Notes: generated by a model not told the origin, from the sequence alone. 64,000 bases of DNA from Gemmatimonadales bacterium (GCA_965249575.1 OZ252244.1:1216001-1280000), one strand, 5' to 3'; shown: positions 30,944 through 42,264, counted from the first letter of the stretch. Program-made: numbers and translations.

Positions 30944-32266
30944 CCGCGAATCCCGAGCTGCCGTCTCCAATAAAAGTAGAACGGCAGTCCTGCAAGCATC
31001 AGTGCGACACCAACCATCGACGACCAGAACCGATCGATCAGCACTCCAGTCAAGAACCACCCCGAGATCGCGAGGAAGATCACCGGCGTAACCGGATATC
31101 CCCACACGCGATAGGGGCGGGGCAAGTCCGGCTCCTTGAAGCGGAGCACGATGACCGCGGCCACCGCGAGGGTCAACAACGAGTGATTGACGAAGGCCAC
31201 ATAGGTCAAGATGTCCTGATAGGTTCCCGAAAGGGCGAACCCCGATGCCCAGACGCCTTGGATGAGGATGGCAACGGCCGGCGTCCCGCGGGACATGTGG
31301 ATCTCGCTCACCTTCTTGAAGAACATGCCATCGCGTGCCAGCGAAAAAACGATCCGCGGGTAGTTCAGGAGTTGCGCGTTGAGACTACCCATCGTGGAGA
31401 CCACGATAGCAAGCGAAACCAGGGCCCCGCCAATAGGCCCAACCACCGCCCGAACCGCATCGGCTCCGACGAAACTCGATCCCCGAAGCTCGTCGAACGG
31501 TAACACGTAGACGAACGCCACGTTCACTAGCAGGTAGACGACCACGACCACGGCCATCCCAACGATGATGGAGAACGGCACGTTGCGCTGTGGATTTCTG
31601 ATTTCCCCGGCCACGTGGGTGGAGAAGTGCCAGCCGCTGTAGGTGAACAACGTCAGCACCATGGCGGCCGCGAAGGAACCGAACAACTCCGACCCATCCG
31701 CGCCCGCTGGCAGCATCGGACCCAACGCGCTGCATATCACCCGTTCCAAGGAATACACACACGCCGACGACGCTCACGACGATCGTCATCTTGAGCAGCG
31801 TGAAAACATTTTGCGTGCGCCCTCCAGCTCGCACGCCGAGGTAATTGATGAAGGTCATCAACAAGATGGCTAGCACAGCAGCGAACCGAGTCTCCCACAC
31901 GCCGTAGGGGATGACTCGGCTCAGGAAGAAGCCAGCGTAGATCGCCACCGAGGTACCGACGGCGCCGATGGCCGCCGTCGATATCGCGAAGAACATCGTC
32001 CAGCCGAACAGAAAGGGGATAGGGGTCGACCCGTACGCGCGGCGCAGGAACGCGTACGTCCCGCCTGTCTCAGGAATGGCCGCTCCAAGCTCCGCCATGC
32101 AGAGCGCACCGCAGGTTGCGAGCAAGCCCGTCACCACCCAAACCGTGAGCGACAGCCCGGGCGCTCCTATCTCATCGGCGACGAATGCGGGGACGACAAA
32201 TATGCTCGCGCCGATGATGCCGCCGACGACCAGGGTGGTCGCCTCGAGGGCGCCAAGTCCCCGCAC
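30940..32266 (-). CDS. APC-family amino acid permease; frameshift at ~31725; start uncertain
   Basis: GGIIGASIF, AELGAAIPETGGTY, FTYSGW..GEIRNPQRNVP, RPYRVWGYP, split over two frames. Confidence 0.85.
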
Positions 32267-32586
32267 TAAGGCTGGCTTGACCTCGGTACCCGCGTGGGAT
32301 CGACGGCTCTCCAGAAACTTGCCCCCTTGTGGTCGGGTCGAGCACCGGCATCCGCTGCCCCGCCGGCTGGGCCCCTACAAGTGGCAGGTCACGAGACTAT
32401 GGCGCAAGTGAGATTTAACGCCCGCGACTCGAGAATCGTCGTGCATGCGACGCGCCATCGAAGCTCCCACCAGCGTCAATTCTGTTGACAACGGATAACC
32501 TGCCTCGCATGTTGCCGGTCCGCACCGCTCGCGCTCCTGACGCATGGCAAATCGAACGTGGCACGTTCACGTAAAGGACATCATCG

Positions 32587-34131
32587 ATGAATGTCGCGGT
32601 CAGAACTTCCGCACTTGCATTCGGTCTCACGCTCGCGAGAGCGGTGAGCGGAACGGCCCAGGACCCGATCACACCACCGCCAGAGCTCAAATATGAAATC
32701 CATCTCGAGAAAAGCATCATGGTGGAGATGCGGGACGGAATCAGACTATCAACGGATCTCTTGTTTCCAAGCGGTGCTCAGGAACCCCTTCCAGTGATTC
32801 TTCGTAGAACGCCCTATAGCAAGAGCCCGTTTCGCGACAACGAGCGTGTACGATTCTGGGTCGGGCAGGGATACGTGTACGCCGTTCAAGACAAGCGTGG
32901 CAAGTACGAGTCGGAGGGAGACTACGCCATATCGATCGGTGATGCGGAGGATGGCTACGATACCGTGGACTGGCTCGCGGAACAGCCCTGGTCGAACGGC
33001 AAGGTCGGTACGATCGGGTGCTCTTATAACGGCGACGTCCAAATGTTCCTGGCTACCCAGCGCAACCCGCACCATGCGGCCATGGTCCCGCAGGCCACGG
33101 GAAGCTCGAACGGGGCGGCGGGTGGCCGGTATCGACAATTCGCCAGCCGCTACGGCGGCAACATCGGGTTGGCGTCGGCGTTTGGGTGGTTCCGACGCTA
33201 TGGATCCAAAGTGAGTTATCGCCCCCCACCTCCACACTTCCCCTCCCTCTACCAGTCGAAAATCGCCGACTACTTCCGCCCCGGCCCCACGCTGCCTGAT
33301 GTCGATGTAGAGGAAATCTGGTGGAGCCTGCCGGTCGTGGACATGATGAAGAAGGCTGGCGCCCCGCCCAGCGATTGGGAAACCATTGTCTCGGTCGAGC
33401 CAAACGATCCCTGGTGGGACCAATTCGCCTACCTCACCGACGACGATCGATTCGACGTACCGGCACTCTTCATCAATTCGTGGTATGACTTCGGCGCCGC
33501 GGAAAGCATCTATCAGTATCAACTGTTCCGCCGAAACTCGGTGAGTGAGCGGGCGCAGGAGAGTCAGTTCATCGTAATCTCGCCAATGCCTCACTGCCGC
33601 GAGGAGCGGGCAACCGAACACACGATGGTGGGAGCGCGGTACGTAGGGGACGCCCGCTTCGACTATCTCAAGCTCTACCTGCGCTGGTTCGACTACTGGT
33701 TGAAGGGGATCGGCCAAGCGCCAGTGCGCTTGAACTTCTGGGTGGACGGATTCCTCTTGAATCGAATGCAAAAAGCCCTGCTCAGCGAAGCCATCAATCT
33801 CGTGGAAAGAGGCGTCGCTTCCGTGGATGCGGTCGACTCCGTCATTCGTGATGGCCTCGGACTCCGATGGGCGCTCATGGGACCGTTCGGTGTCGCGGAG
33901 ACGAACGCGGACGGAGGCACGAGAGAGTACCTCACTCGGTTTCGTGCAAACCATGTACGCGTTTCAAAGGATCTCGGACCTCCCCCGAATTTTGATGACG
34001 AGCAAATCGAGCGAGTCGGCCGCGGCACGGATGAAATGCTCAAGGGCGCGCAGCACGATGCCCTGAGCCGTTGGCGGGACCGGATGATCCGAAAAATTTG
34101 CGCGCTCAAGAAGGGGGACCCCCAGCCATGA
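32587..34131 (+). CDS. CocE/NonD hydrolase N-terminal part fused in frame to a 3-hydroxyacyl-CoA dehydrogenase C-terminal domain (probable deletion junction ~33715)
   Basis: MRDGIRLSTD, RTPY, GCSY, WFDYWLKG; then GFLLNRMQ..EA..LV..G..GLGLRWALMGPF. Confidence 0.75.
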   Translation: MNVAVRTSALAFGLTLARAVSGTAQDPITPPPELKYEIHLEKSIMVEMRDGIRLSTDLLFPSGAQEPLPVILRRTPYSKSPFRDNERVRFWVGQGYVYAVQDKRGKYESEGDYAISIGDAEDGYDTVDWLAEQPWSNGKVGTIGCSYNGDVQMFLATQRNPHHAAMVPQATGSSNGAAGGRYRQFASRYGGNIGLASAFGWFRRYGSKVSYRPPPPHFPSLYQSKIADYFRPGPTLPDVDVEEIWWSLPVVDMMKKAGAPPSDWETIVSVEPNDPWWDQFAYLTDDDRFDVPALFINSWYDFGAAESIYQYQLFRRNSVSERAQESQFIVISPMPHCREERATEHTMVGARYVGDARFDYLKLYLRWFDYWLKGIGQAPVRLNFWVDGFLLNRMQKALLSEAINLVERGVASVDAVDSVIRDGLGLRWALMGPFGVAETNADGGTREYLTRFRANHVRVSKDLGPPPNFDDEQIERVGRGTDEMLKGAQHDALSRWRDRMIRKICALKKGDPQP

Positions 34132-35135
34132 CGCCGACCGGTGGCTGGCGTGTCTCTCCACAGGCCGCCGCGCTGCATGCCGACGCGCTGGTGTGGGACA
34201 TGGTGTTCGTGTACGAGCCGGAGATGGACAACGACTACCGTCTCTTTCCGCGCTGGAGAAACGCCGGAGTCGACTTCGTCTCCGTTCACCCGGCCGGCGA
34301 CCGACACAACATAGGTGAAGCGATGCGCCGCATCGCCCGCTGCCGGAGCCACGTGCTCTCGGACCCCACGCACTACGTCTTGGTGGATACCGTCGACGAC
34401 ATCATACGAGCGAAGGCGCAGGGCAAGCTCGCCGTGGGACTCCACCTGGAGGGGTTTCGCTGTCTCGAGCGGGACCTCAACATGGTCGAGGCGTTTTACA
34501 AGCTGGGTGTCCGGTTTTGCCATCCGATTTTCAATCTGGTCAACTCCATCGGCGGAGGATCAGCAGATCGGATCGATGTCGGCCTCTCCCGGTATGGCAT
34601 CAACGTCGTGCACGAGATGAATCGCGTCGGCATGCTGGTCGATGGGAGCCACGCTGGTTACAAAGCCACGTTGGAAATGATGGAGGTATCGGAAGCACCG
34701 GTGATCTTTTCGCATCTGGCTTGTTACAGCGTACGTGAACATTTTCGCAACGTACGTGACGATCAGATTCAGGCCTGCGCCCGCAAGGGCGGCGTCATCG
34801 GAATCACCAGCGCGGGCTTCTATCTGGGTGAGAGCACGTCCACGGAACGCTATTTCCGCCACGTCGATCACGTGGCGCAGCTGGTCGGCGCTACACACGT
34901 GGGAATCGGGCTCGACAGTATGGATCGGCCCGAGCTGCTTCAGCACTACATCGACGCCCGTCCAGACGAGTGGCCTGGTCGCGAACAGGGAATGTGGGAA
35001 CCCATAGAGTTCTTCAAGCCGGAACAGCTCCCGGAACTCACGGAATTGATGCTGAAGAGCGGATACTCCGACAGCGACGTTCGGGGCGTGCTGGGCGGCA
35101 ACTTCCTCAGGGTGTGTCGGGAGACGTGGAAGTAG
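34128..35135 (+). CDS. Membrane dipeptidase (M19, amidohydrolase superfamily)
   Basis: GLHLEG, EMNRVGMLVDGSH, PVIFSH, RNVRD, HVGIGLD, LGGNFLRV. Confidence 0.9.
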   Translation: MTPTGGWRVSPQAAALHADALVWDMVFVYEPEMDNDYRLFPRWRNAGVDFVSVHPAGDRHNIGEAMRRIARCRSHVLSDPTHYVLVDTVDDIIRAKAQGKLAVGLHLEGFRCLERDLNMVEAFYKLGVRFCHPIFNLVNSIGGGSADRIDVGLSRYGINVVHEMNRVGMLVDGSHAGYKATLEMMEVSEAPVIFSHLACYSVREHFRNVRDDQIQACARKGGVIGITSAGFYLGESTSTERYFRHVDHVAQLVGATHVGIGLDSMDRPELLQHYIDARPDEWPGREQGMWEPIEFFKPEQLPELTELMLKSGYSDSDVRGVLGGNFLRVCRETWK

Positions 35136-35149
35136 GAGTCAGGACGCCG

Positions 35150-35199
35150 CACCCCACTCGAGTGAGTGGGGGCCTCCTTGCTGCTCACTCCTCACTCGG
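35150..35199. repeat. Intergenic repeat copy 2
   Basis: ggcctccttgctgctcactcctcactcgg (35171-35199) matches 2923-2951 at 28/29; preceded by a ccccactc/gagtgggg hairpin. Confidence 0.7.
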
Positions 35200-35226
35200 T
35201 GCGGAGGGGCGGCGTAGACCTGCTTC

Positions 35227-36576
35227 TCAGCTCACTCGTTCGGGTCTCGGGGCCCCATCCGGCCCGTTGTCCCAGTCCTGTACGCTCGATACATTCGGTT
35301 GCCCCCAGTCGTGGCCGTTCCAGCCGTCGAATCCTTCCATCTTTAGGGCCCAGAAACCGCTCTGCATGTCGCTCGCGACGATCAACCCATCCGCATTCCG
35401 CACGTCGATGCCGAACACTCCCTTGGCCACCCCACCTCCCTCGTAGTCCTGAACCCCGGTAAAGGTGTCGTAGAACCCAACGGTGTGTGGCTTCGTGGGA
35501 TTCCTCATGTCGAGTACTTGAACGCCATCCTGATATGCCGACACGAACACGTAGGGCCACCGGATTTCCATGTTGTGCGATGACTTTCGCCAGTCCGCGG
35601 TCCACTCGGCAATGGGTGGAACGATGGTCTGGTTTCCGTCGAGAGCCGGCTGGAGATCGAAGAATCGAATCGGCTGATGACCCGGCGAGGTCATCTCGGT
35701 AAGTCCGTAGCGGCCATCGGGGGTGACGACGAACGTGTGGCCACCGGACTGTTGGCTCCGCACCGCCATGATCATCGCCAACAGTTTGGGACTCGAGACA
35801 TCACTCACGTCATAGATGTATTGGCCGCCCTCATAGGACGTCTCCGGTCCGCCCCCATAAAAGCGGTCCTGCCCGCTTTCCTGATGGTAGGCGACATACG
35901 CGTCGTGGTAGCCCCCAGGGCCACCTCGCGGCTGTGCCATTGGGACGCGCCCGACAAGACCCGAGTTCGGCGCGCCGTTGAGCAAGCGCTCCAGGTCGTA
36001 GATGTTCGCCCCATGTTCATCGGACATGCGTGACGCGGTGGTCGCGAACACGTACGACCGACCATCCGAGTGCTTGTAGGCGAAGATGTTGTGAAAACCT
36101 CCAGGATTGTCCGGCGCCCGAATACGCGCGACTTCTCTGATGGTCGAGGTGTCGGGCAGCCCCGTCACATCGAAGACAATGGCCCCCACGTCCCGATTGG
36201 GGCTCCCACCTCTGAATGCGAAAGATTGAATCGTGTAGTATCTGTCCTCGAGCTTGACGTACTTGTTGTCGAGCGACCGCCCCTCATGCAGCTCGGGGTT
36301 CTCGATTTGCCACCGATACAAGTGCTTCGCCTGCTCGACGTCCTTGATATCGATGATGTCGAACCCCATGAAGGCTCGCCGGGACACGTATACGAAGGGA
36401 CGCGCCAAGTCCTGTTCGATCTCGATGTCGTTGACTACGCCGTCGCCCCCCAGCGGCACGTGAGACAGGACAGTCATGTTGTCGCTGCCCTGCAGACCGG
36501 GGCCGAGCTGAGCGGTAGCACCCGTCACCACCCATGGCGTGAGCGCCGCCACGAGGACGAGCGTCCGTTGCATCAT
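35227..36576 (-). CDS. His-motif beta-propeller paralog 9 (subfamily C)
   Basis: YHDAYV, GGGPETSY, SQQSGGHTFV, TEMTSPGH, SHNMEIRW. Confidence 0.85.
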   Translation of the reverse strand: MMQRTLVLVAALTPWVVTGATAQLGPGLQGSDNMTVLSHVPLGGDGVVNDIEIEQDLARPFVYVSRRAFMGFDIIDIKDVEQAKHLYRWQIENPELHEGRSLDNKYVKLEDRYYTIQSFAFRGGSPNRDVGAIVFDVTGLPDTSTIREVARIRAPDNPGGFHNIFAYKHSDGRSYVFATTASRMSDEHGANIYDLERLLNGAPNSGLVGRVPMAQPRGGPGGYHDAYVAYHQESGQDRFYGGGPETSYEGGQYIYDVSDVSSPKLLAMIMAVRSQQSGGHTFVVTPDGRYGLTEMTSPGHQPIRFFDLQPALDGNQTIVPPIAEWTADWRKSSHNMEIRWPYVFVSAYQDGVQVLDMRNPTKPHTVGFYDTFTGVQDYEGGGVAKGVFGIDVRNADGLIVASDMQSGFWALKMEGFDGWNGHDWGQPNVSSVQDWDNGPDGAPRPERVS

Positions 36577-36591
36577 CTTGAATCTCCCTTG

Positions 36592-38035
36592 TTATAGTCG
36601 AGTCGTGGTGCTGCCCACCCTTGGCCGGGCCACGCATGCTGACGCGCGCGGGCGATGGCGCGCCATCGGGGCCATTGTCCCAATCCTGGGCGCTCGAAAT
36701 GTTCGGGACGCCCCAGTCGTGGCCGTTCCATCCCTCGAACCCCTCCAGCTTGAACGCCCAGAATCCGTTCTGGATGTCGCCCGCGACGATGAGCCCGTCA
36801 GCGTTGCGGACGTCCACGCCAAAGACACCGCCGCCCGTACCACCGCCGGAGTAGTCTTGCACCCCACTGTGGGTGTCGTAAAAGGCGACCGTGTGCGGGT
36901 TCGTCGGGTCGCGGATATCGAACACGTGCACGCCTGCCTGATACGCAGAGACGAAGACATATGGCCAGCGAACTTCCAGGTTGTGCTGCGACTTCGTCGG
37001 ATCGGCCGTCCATTCGGCGATCGGCTGCAGAACCGTACGCTCGCCATCCAGCGCGGGCTGGAGATCAAAGATGCGGATGGGCGTGTGTCCGAGCGAGGTC
37101 ATCTCGGTCAGGCCATATCGCCCGTCCGGCGTGACCACGAACGTGTGCCCGCCCGATTGCTGGCTCGGCACGGCCAGGATCGTCGCGAGGAGCTTCGGCT
37201 GTTCGATGTCCGACACATCGAAGACGAAGTTGCCTCCCAGGTACGTCGTCTCCGGTCCGCCACCGTAAAACCGGTCCTGACCGCTTTCAACATGATAGGC
37301 GACGTACGCGTCGTGAAAGCCCCGACCGGCCCCGCGGGGCTCCGGCAGGGGCACGCGCCCGACCAGCCCTCCCAGCGGCTCACCACCCAGCAACCTCGCC
37401 ATGTCGTATATGTTCGCGCCCTGCCCGTCGTTGGTGCTAGACTCGACGGTCGCAAAGAGGTACGCTCGGCCGTTCGAGTGCCTGTACGCGAAGATGTTGT
37501 GAAAGCCACCGGGGGTATCCGGCGTACGAATTGTCGCAACGACCTTGACGCTCGATGGATCGGGTAGACCCGTAACGTCCAGCACGACCGCTCCCAGGTC
37601 ACCATCCGGCCCCGCCCCTATGAGCTGAAACGATTGAACGTCGTAGTATCGCCCGCCGAGCTTGAAGTACTTGTTGTCCAAGCCCCCGATTCGCTCATGG
37701 AGCCCCTGCCCCTCCAGCCGGAAACGGTAGAGGAGTTTCGGCCTGGCCGGATCCTTGATGCTGATGATGTCGGTTCCTTTGGACGGCCCGAGCGGCGACG
37801 GATTGTAATCGGACCGGGCGACGTACACGTATGGGCGGGACAGCTCTTGTTCAACTTCGATATCGGCAACCTGCCCCATCCCCAACGGAAGATGTGAGAC
37901 GTACGTCATGTTCCCACTGCGCTGCTGCCCCGGACCTCGTTGTGCGAAGGCCTGGACAGGGAACATGACGGCAAGCGTGGTCAGGGCGGCGGCCCGGTAC
38001 GTCAACCCGTCGATCCCGGGGCTCGGGCGTTTCAC
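36592..38035 (-). CDS. His-motif beta-propeller paralog 10 (subfamily C); stop apparently lost, ORF runs on to 36284
   Basis: GTG start overlaps the paralog 11 stop; family motifs; after RVSMR the frame overlaps paralog 9; an off-frame TAA lies at 36592. Confidence 0.8.
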
Positions 38036-39408
38036 TGTTGGACGCTCACCCGCTGGGACCTGGGTGCCATGTCGGGCCCGTTGTCCCAATCCTGGGCCGT
38101 TGACACGTTGGGCACACCCCAGTCGTGACCGTTCCAGCCGTCAAAGCCTTCCATCTTGAACGCCCAGAAACCAGTTTGCATGTCGCTGGCCACGATCAAT
38201 CCGTCCGCGTTCCGAACATCGATGCCGAACACGCCGTTGGCGGTGCCCCCCCCCGTGTAGTCCTGCACGCCGGTATACGTGTCGTAGAAGCCGACCGTGT
38301 GCGGTTTCTTCGGATTGCGCATGTCGAACACCTGCATTCCTGCCTCGTACGCCGACACGAACACGTACGGCCAGCGAATCTCCATGTTGTGCTCGGACTT
38401 CGTCGGGTCAGCGGTCCACTCCGCGATCGGCTGGAGGACCGACCGCTCACCGTCGAGCGCCGGCTCCATGTCAAAGATGCGGATTGGCGTATGTCCCAGG
38501 GATGTCATCTCCGTAAGGCCGTAGCGCCCGTCCGGCGTGGCCACGAAGGTATGCCCTCCCGCCTGCTGGCTGGGCACGGCGAGAATCGTCGCCAGCAGCT
38601 TGGGCTGCGTGACGTTCGAGACGTCGAAGATGAAATTCCCGCCAAGGTACGTCGTTTCCGGTCCGCCCCCGTAGAAGCGGTCCTGGCCACTCTCGGGATG
38701 ATACGCAACGTATGCGTCGTGATATCCACGGCCGGACCCGCGAGGCTCCGGAAGCGGGACTCGCCCGACTAACCCTTCCATCGCACCGCCTGCAAGCAGC
38801 CGTTCCATATCGTAGATGTTGGCGCCTTGCCCGTCGTTCGTGGTCGCTTCTACGGTGGTGAAGAGATATACCCGTCCGTTCGAGTGCTTGTACGCGAAGA
38901 TGTTATGGAAACCGCCGGGTGTGTCCGGCGTCCGGATCTCCGAAACCACCTTGACGGTGGACGGATCCGGCAGGCCGGTGACGTCGAGTACGACCGCACC
39001 CAAGTCGGCGTTCGGCCCGCTCCCGCGCAACTGGAACGACTGCACGTCGTAATGGCGGCCGTTCAATTTGAAGTGCTTGTTGTCCATGCCACCGATACCC
39101 TGATGCAGCTCTTGCTGCTCCAGGCGGAATCGGTGTATGACCTTCGGCTTGCTGGGATCTTTGAGACTGATGATGTCGGTTCCTTTGGATGAAAACAGCG
39201 TCTTCGCATAGTCGGACCGCGACACGTAGGCGTACGGTCTCGACAGTTCCTGCTCGACGTCCAGGTCCATTACCTGTCCCGTGCCCAGGGGCAGGTGAGA
39301 TATCAACTCGATATTCCCGCTACTCTGCTTGCCGGGACCCATTTGCGCTCTCGCGGATGTCCCGAAGACGAGGGCGAGGCCTGTCACTACCAAAGTCCAG
39401 CGCTTCAT
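38032..39408 (-). CDS. His-motif beta-propeller paralog 11 (subfamily C)
   Basis: ARAQMGPG; subfamily C motifs; tail. Confidence 0.85.
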   Translation of the reverse strand: MKRWTLVVTGLALVFGTSARAQMGPGKQSSGNIELISHLPLGTGQVMDLDVEQELSRPYAYVSRSDYAKTLFSSKGTDIISLKDPSKPKVIHRFRLEQQELHQGIGGMDNKHFKLNGRHYDVQSFQLRGSGPNADLGAVVLDVTGLPDPSTVKVVSEIRTPDTPGGFHNIFAYKHSNGRVYLFTTVEATTNDGQGANIYDMERLLAGGAMEGLVGRVPLPEPRGSGRGYHDAYVAYHPESGQDRFYGGGPETTYLGGNFIFDVSNVTQPKLLATILAVPSQQAGGHTFVATPDGRYGLTEMTSLGHTPIRIFDMEPALDGERSVLQPIAEWTADPTKSEHNMEIRWPYVFVSAYEAGMQVFDMRNPKKPHTVGFYDTYTGVQDYTGGGTANGVFGIDVRNADGLIVASDMQTGFWAFKMEGFDGWNGHDWGVPNVSTAQDWDNGPDMAPRSQRVSVQQ

Positions 39409-39492
39409 TGGCCGCTCTCCTTAGATGCCAGAAATCCGATATCCAAACCCGCGGGTCGCAGGACAACTTCTGTGGTCCACGCCCAACCCATT

Positions 39493-40860
39493 CTACTTGA
39501 TGCCCCTTCGACTCACGCGCTGGGGGTCCGGCGCACCCTCCGGGCCGTTATCCCAATCCTGGGCGCTCGAGATATTCGGCATTCCCCAGTGATGGCCGTT
39601 CCATCCGTCGAACCCATCCATCTTGAACGCCCAGAATCCCGTTCGAATGTCGCTGATGACGATCAGTCCATCGGCGTCCCGCACATCGACCCCGAATGCC
39701 CCATTGTAGACCGTGGTAAAGTCGTTGAACCCGAACTCGTGAGGGCCATCGTACGTGTCGTAGTAGGCCACCGGATAGGGATTTGGTGGGATCCATGAGG
39801 TTGAGGACCTGGAGACCGTCCTCGTAGGCCGACACGAACACGTATGGCCAGCGGACTTCTGCGTTGTGCGGGGATATGCCCTCCAGTTGGCCGTCCAGCC
39901 TCCCAGAGCCCGGGAAACCGTGGACACGTTGCCGTCCAAAGCCGGCTTCATGTCGAAGACCCTGAATACGGTGTACTGGCAGCAGGCACTGATCACCGCG
40001 TACCGGCCGTCCGGAGAGGGAATGAACGTGTGTCCGCCGATCTGGCCGGCAACGCCCGTCACGGACGCCAGTAACGTCGGGTTCGCGACATCGGTAATGT
40101 CGAACACGAAGTTCCCGCCCTCCAACGTGCCGCCGTCAGGGCCGCCTACATACAGCTTGTCCTGCCGCGTCGCCGGGTCGTACGCTGCGTAGAAATCGTG
40201 ATAGCTCGCGTTCGACTCCCGCGGCTCCGGAAACGGCACGCGGCCGACCAGGCCCTGCCCGGGCTCGCCTGCCAAGAAATGCTCGAGGTCGAAGACGCTG
40301 GCGAACGGCTGCCGGGTCAAGGTCGCGAACATCAACGGCCGGCCGCTGGAATGCTTGTACAGGAAGAAATTATGAAAGCCACCAGGCGACTCGGGCATAC
40401 GGAAGCGACGGACCTCGACGATGCCGCCGGAATCGGGAAGACTCGTGACATCGAACGCAATGGCTCCGAGATCGCTGTCCGGGCCGCTTCCCCGAAATTG
40501 GAACGATTGGATGTAGTAGTATCGCCCCCGATGCTTGAAGTACTTGCCATCGAGCGCTCCCGTGCCCTGATGTAGCTCCGGGTTCTCGATTTCCCACGAG
40601 TACAAAACGCTTGCCCGTTCGGGAATGCGAAGGTCGATGATGCTAAAACCGTATCGGAGCAGCCTCGACACGTAGGCGTACGGCCGGGCCAGCTCCTGCT
40701 CAATCTCGATGTCGGCGACATCGAAGATCGGGCCAGCCAACGGAAGGTGCGCTACCACCCGGACGTTGTTGCTTCCCTGCTGCCCCGGGGGGTGTTGGGC
40801 GAAAGCGGGGCGTGCAAGCACCAGTGCAAGGCCGATCAGACAAGCGCATCGCAAGGTCAT
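39493..40860 (-). CDS. His-motif beta-propeller paralog 12 (subfamily D, ACCQY); two compensating frameshifts at ~39865 and ~39785
   Basis: The HNAEVRWPYVFVSAYEDG segment is read in another frame (ORF 39548-39841). Confidence 0.8.
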   Translation of the reverse strand: MTLRCACLIGLALVLARPAFAQHPPGQQGSNNVRVVAHLPLAGPIFDVADIEIEQELARPYAYVSRLLRYGFSIIDLRIPERASVLYSWEIENPELHQGTGALDGKYFKHRGRYYYIQSFQFRGSGPDSDLGAIAFDVTSLPDSGGIVEVRRFRMPESPGGFHNFFLYKHSSGRPLMFATLTRQPFASVFDLEHFLAGEPGQGLVGRVPFPEPRESNASYHDFYAAYDPATRQDKLYVGGPDGGTLEGGNFVFDITDVANPTLLASVTGVAGQIGGHTFIPSPDGRYAVISACCQYTVFRVFDMKPALDGNVSTVSRALGGWTANWRAYPRTTQKSAGHTCSCRPTRTVSRSSTSWIPPNPYPVAYYDTYDGPHEFGFNDFTTVYNGAFGVDVRDADGLIVISDIRTGFWAFKMDGFDGWNGHHWGMPNISSAQDWDNGPEGAPDPQRVSRRGIK

Positions 40861-40887
40861 GTCTTCTCCACAAAGAGGGTCTTTCCT

Positions 40888-42264
40888 CTACTCGCGCGCG
40901 CTCACGCGCGCAGGTGGCGGCGCCCCCGTCGGCCCGTTGTCCCAGTCCTGCGCACTCGAGATGTTGGGCATCCCCCAGTCCCGCCCGTTCCAGCCGTCGA
41001 AGCCGTCCATTCTAAAGGCCCAAAAACCAGTGCGCATGTCGCTGATCACGATCAGCCCATCCGCATTGCGCACATCGATGCCGAACGCTCCGTTGTACAC
41101 GGTGGTGAAGTCGCGAAACCCAAACTCATGGGGGCCATCATACGTGTCGTAATACCCCACCGCATAGGGATTCGTCGGATCCATTAGGTTCAGGACCTGG
41201 AGCCCGTCTTCATAGGCCGACACGAACACGTACGGCCAGCGGACCTCCGCGTTGTGCGGGTAGGCCTTCCAATTCGCCGCCCAGGCACCCAGAGGGCGTG
41301 AGATCGTCGTCGACTCACCGTCCAGCGCTGGCTTCAGGTCGAAGACTCTGAACAGCGTGTACTGACAGCACGCATTGATCAATACGTAGCGACCGTCCGG
41401 AGATGGAACGAACGTGTGTCCACCCACCTGACCCGCGACCCCGACCACGGAAGCCAGCAGCGTCGGGTTCCCGACATCGGTAATGTCGAAAACGAAATTC
41501 CCACCCTCCATGGTGCCGCCATCGGGCCCGCCGACGTACAGCCTGTCCTGTCGAGTTGCCGGATCGTAGGCCGCGTAAAAGTCGTGATAGCTCGCGTTCG
41601 GCTCGCGCGGCTCCGGGAAGGGGATACGCCCCACCAATCCCTGCCCCTGTTCACCGGCCAGGAACCGCTCTAGATCGAAGATGCTCGCGTACGGCTGCCG
41701 GGTAAGGGCCGCGAACATCAGGGGACGACCGTCGGAGTGCTTGTAGAGGAAGAAATTGTGAATGCCGCCGGGCGATGCGGGCATCCGGAAGCGGCGAACC
41801 TCGACGATCTCAGTCGTATCGGGCAAGCTCGTGACATCGAACGCGATAGCGCCGAGGTCGACGTCGGGTCCGCTGCCTCGGAATTGGAAGGACTGCACGT
41901 AGTAGTACCGCCCCCGATGCTTGAAATACTTACCGTCCAGCGCCCCAGTACCCTGGTGGAGGTCCGCATCCTCGATTTCCCACGAATACCGCACTTCGGG
42001 CCGCTCGACATCCTTCAGGTCGATGATGTCGAAACCATATCGCTGGAGGCGTGGGACGTACGCGTAGGGCCGGGATAGCTCCTGCTCGATCTCGATGTCG
42101 GCGACGTCGAACACCGGACCGGGTAGGGGGAGATGCGACACGATCCGGATATTCGAGCTCCCCTGCTGGCCTGGGGGGTGCTGTGAGGAGGCAGGGGACG
42201 CGTGCATCAGTCCTCCGGCGACCGGGATTCCCAGACTGATCAGACAGACGAATCGGGGGTTCAT
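40888..42264 (-). CDS. His-motif beta-propeller paralog 13 (subfamily D)
   Basis: IHNFF, YHDFY, GGPDGGT, GHTFVP, ACCQY, PHNAEVRW. Confidence 0.85.
   Translation of the reverse strand: MNPRFVCLISLGIPVAGGLMHASPASSQHPPGQQGSSNIRIVSHLPLPGPVFDVADIEIEQELSRPYAYVPRLQRYGFDIIDLKDVERPEVRYSWEIEDADLHQGTGALDGKYFKHRGRYYYVQSFQFRGSGPDVDLGAIAFDVTSLPDTTEIVEVRRFRMPASPGGIHNFFLYKHSDGRPLMFAALTRQPYASIFDLERFLAGEQGQGLVGRIPFPEPREPNASYHDFYAAYDPATRQDRLYVGGPDGGTMEGGNFVFDITDVGNPTLLASVVGVAGQVGGHTFVPSPDGRYVLINACCQYTLFRVFDLKPALDGESTTISRPLGAWAANWKAYPHNAEVRWPYVFVSAYEDGLQVLNLMDPTNPYAVGYYDTYDGPHEFGFRDFTTVYNGAFGIDVRNADGLIVISDMRTGFWAFRMDGFDGWNGRDWGMPNISSAQDWDNGPTGAPPPARVSARE

Noticed and set aside
36284..36591. Real ~110-aa C-terminal extension of paralog 10
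   Set aside because: It overlaps paralog 9 off-frame; a lost stop or indel is more likely.
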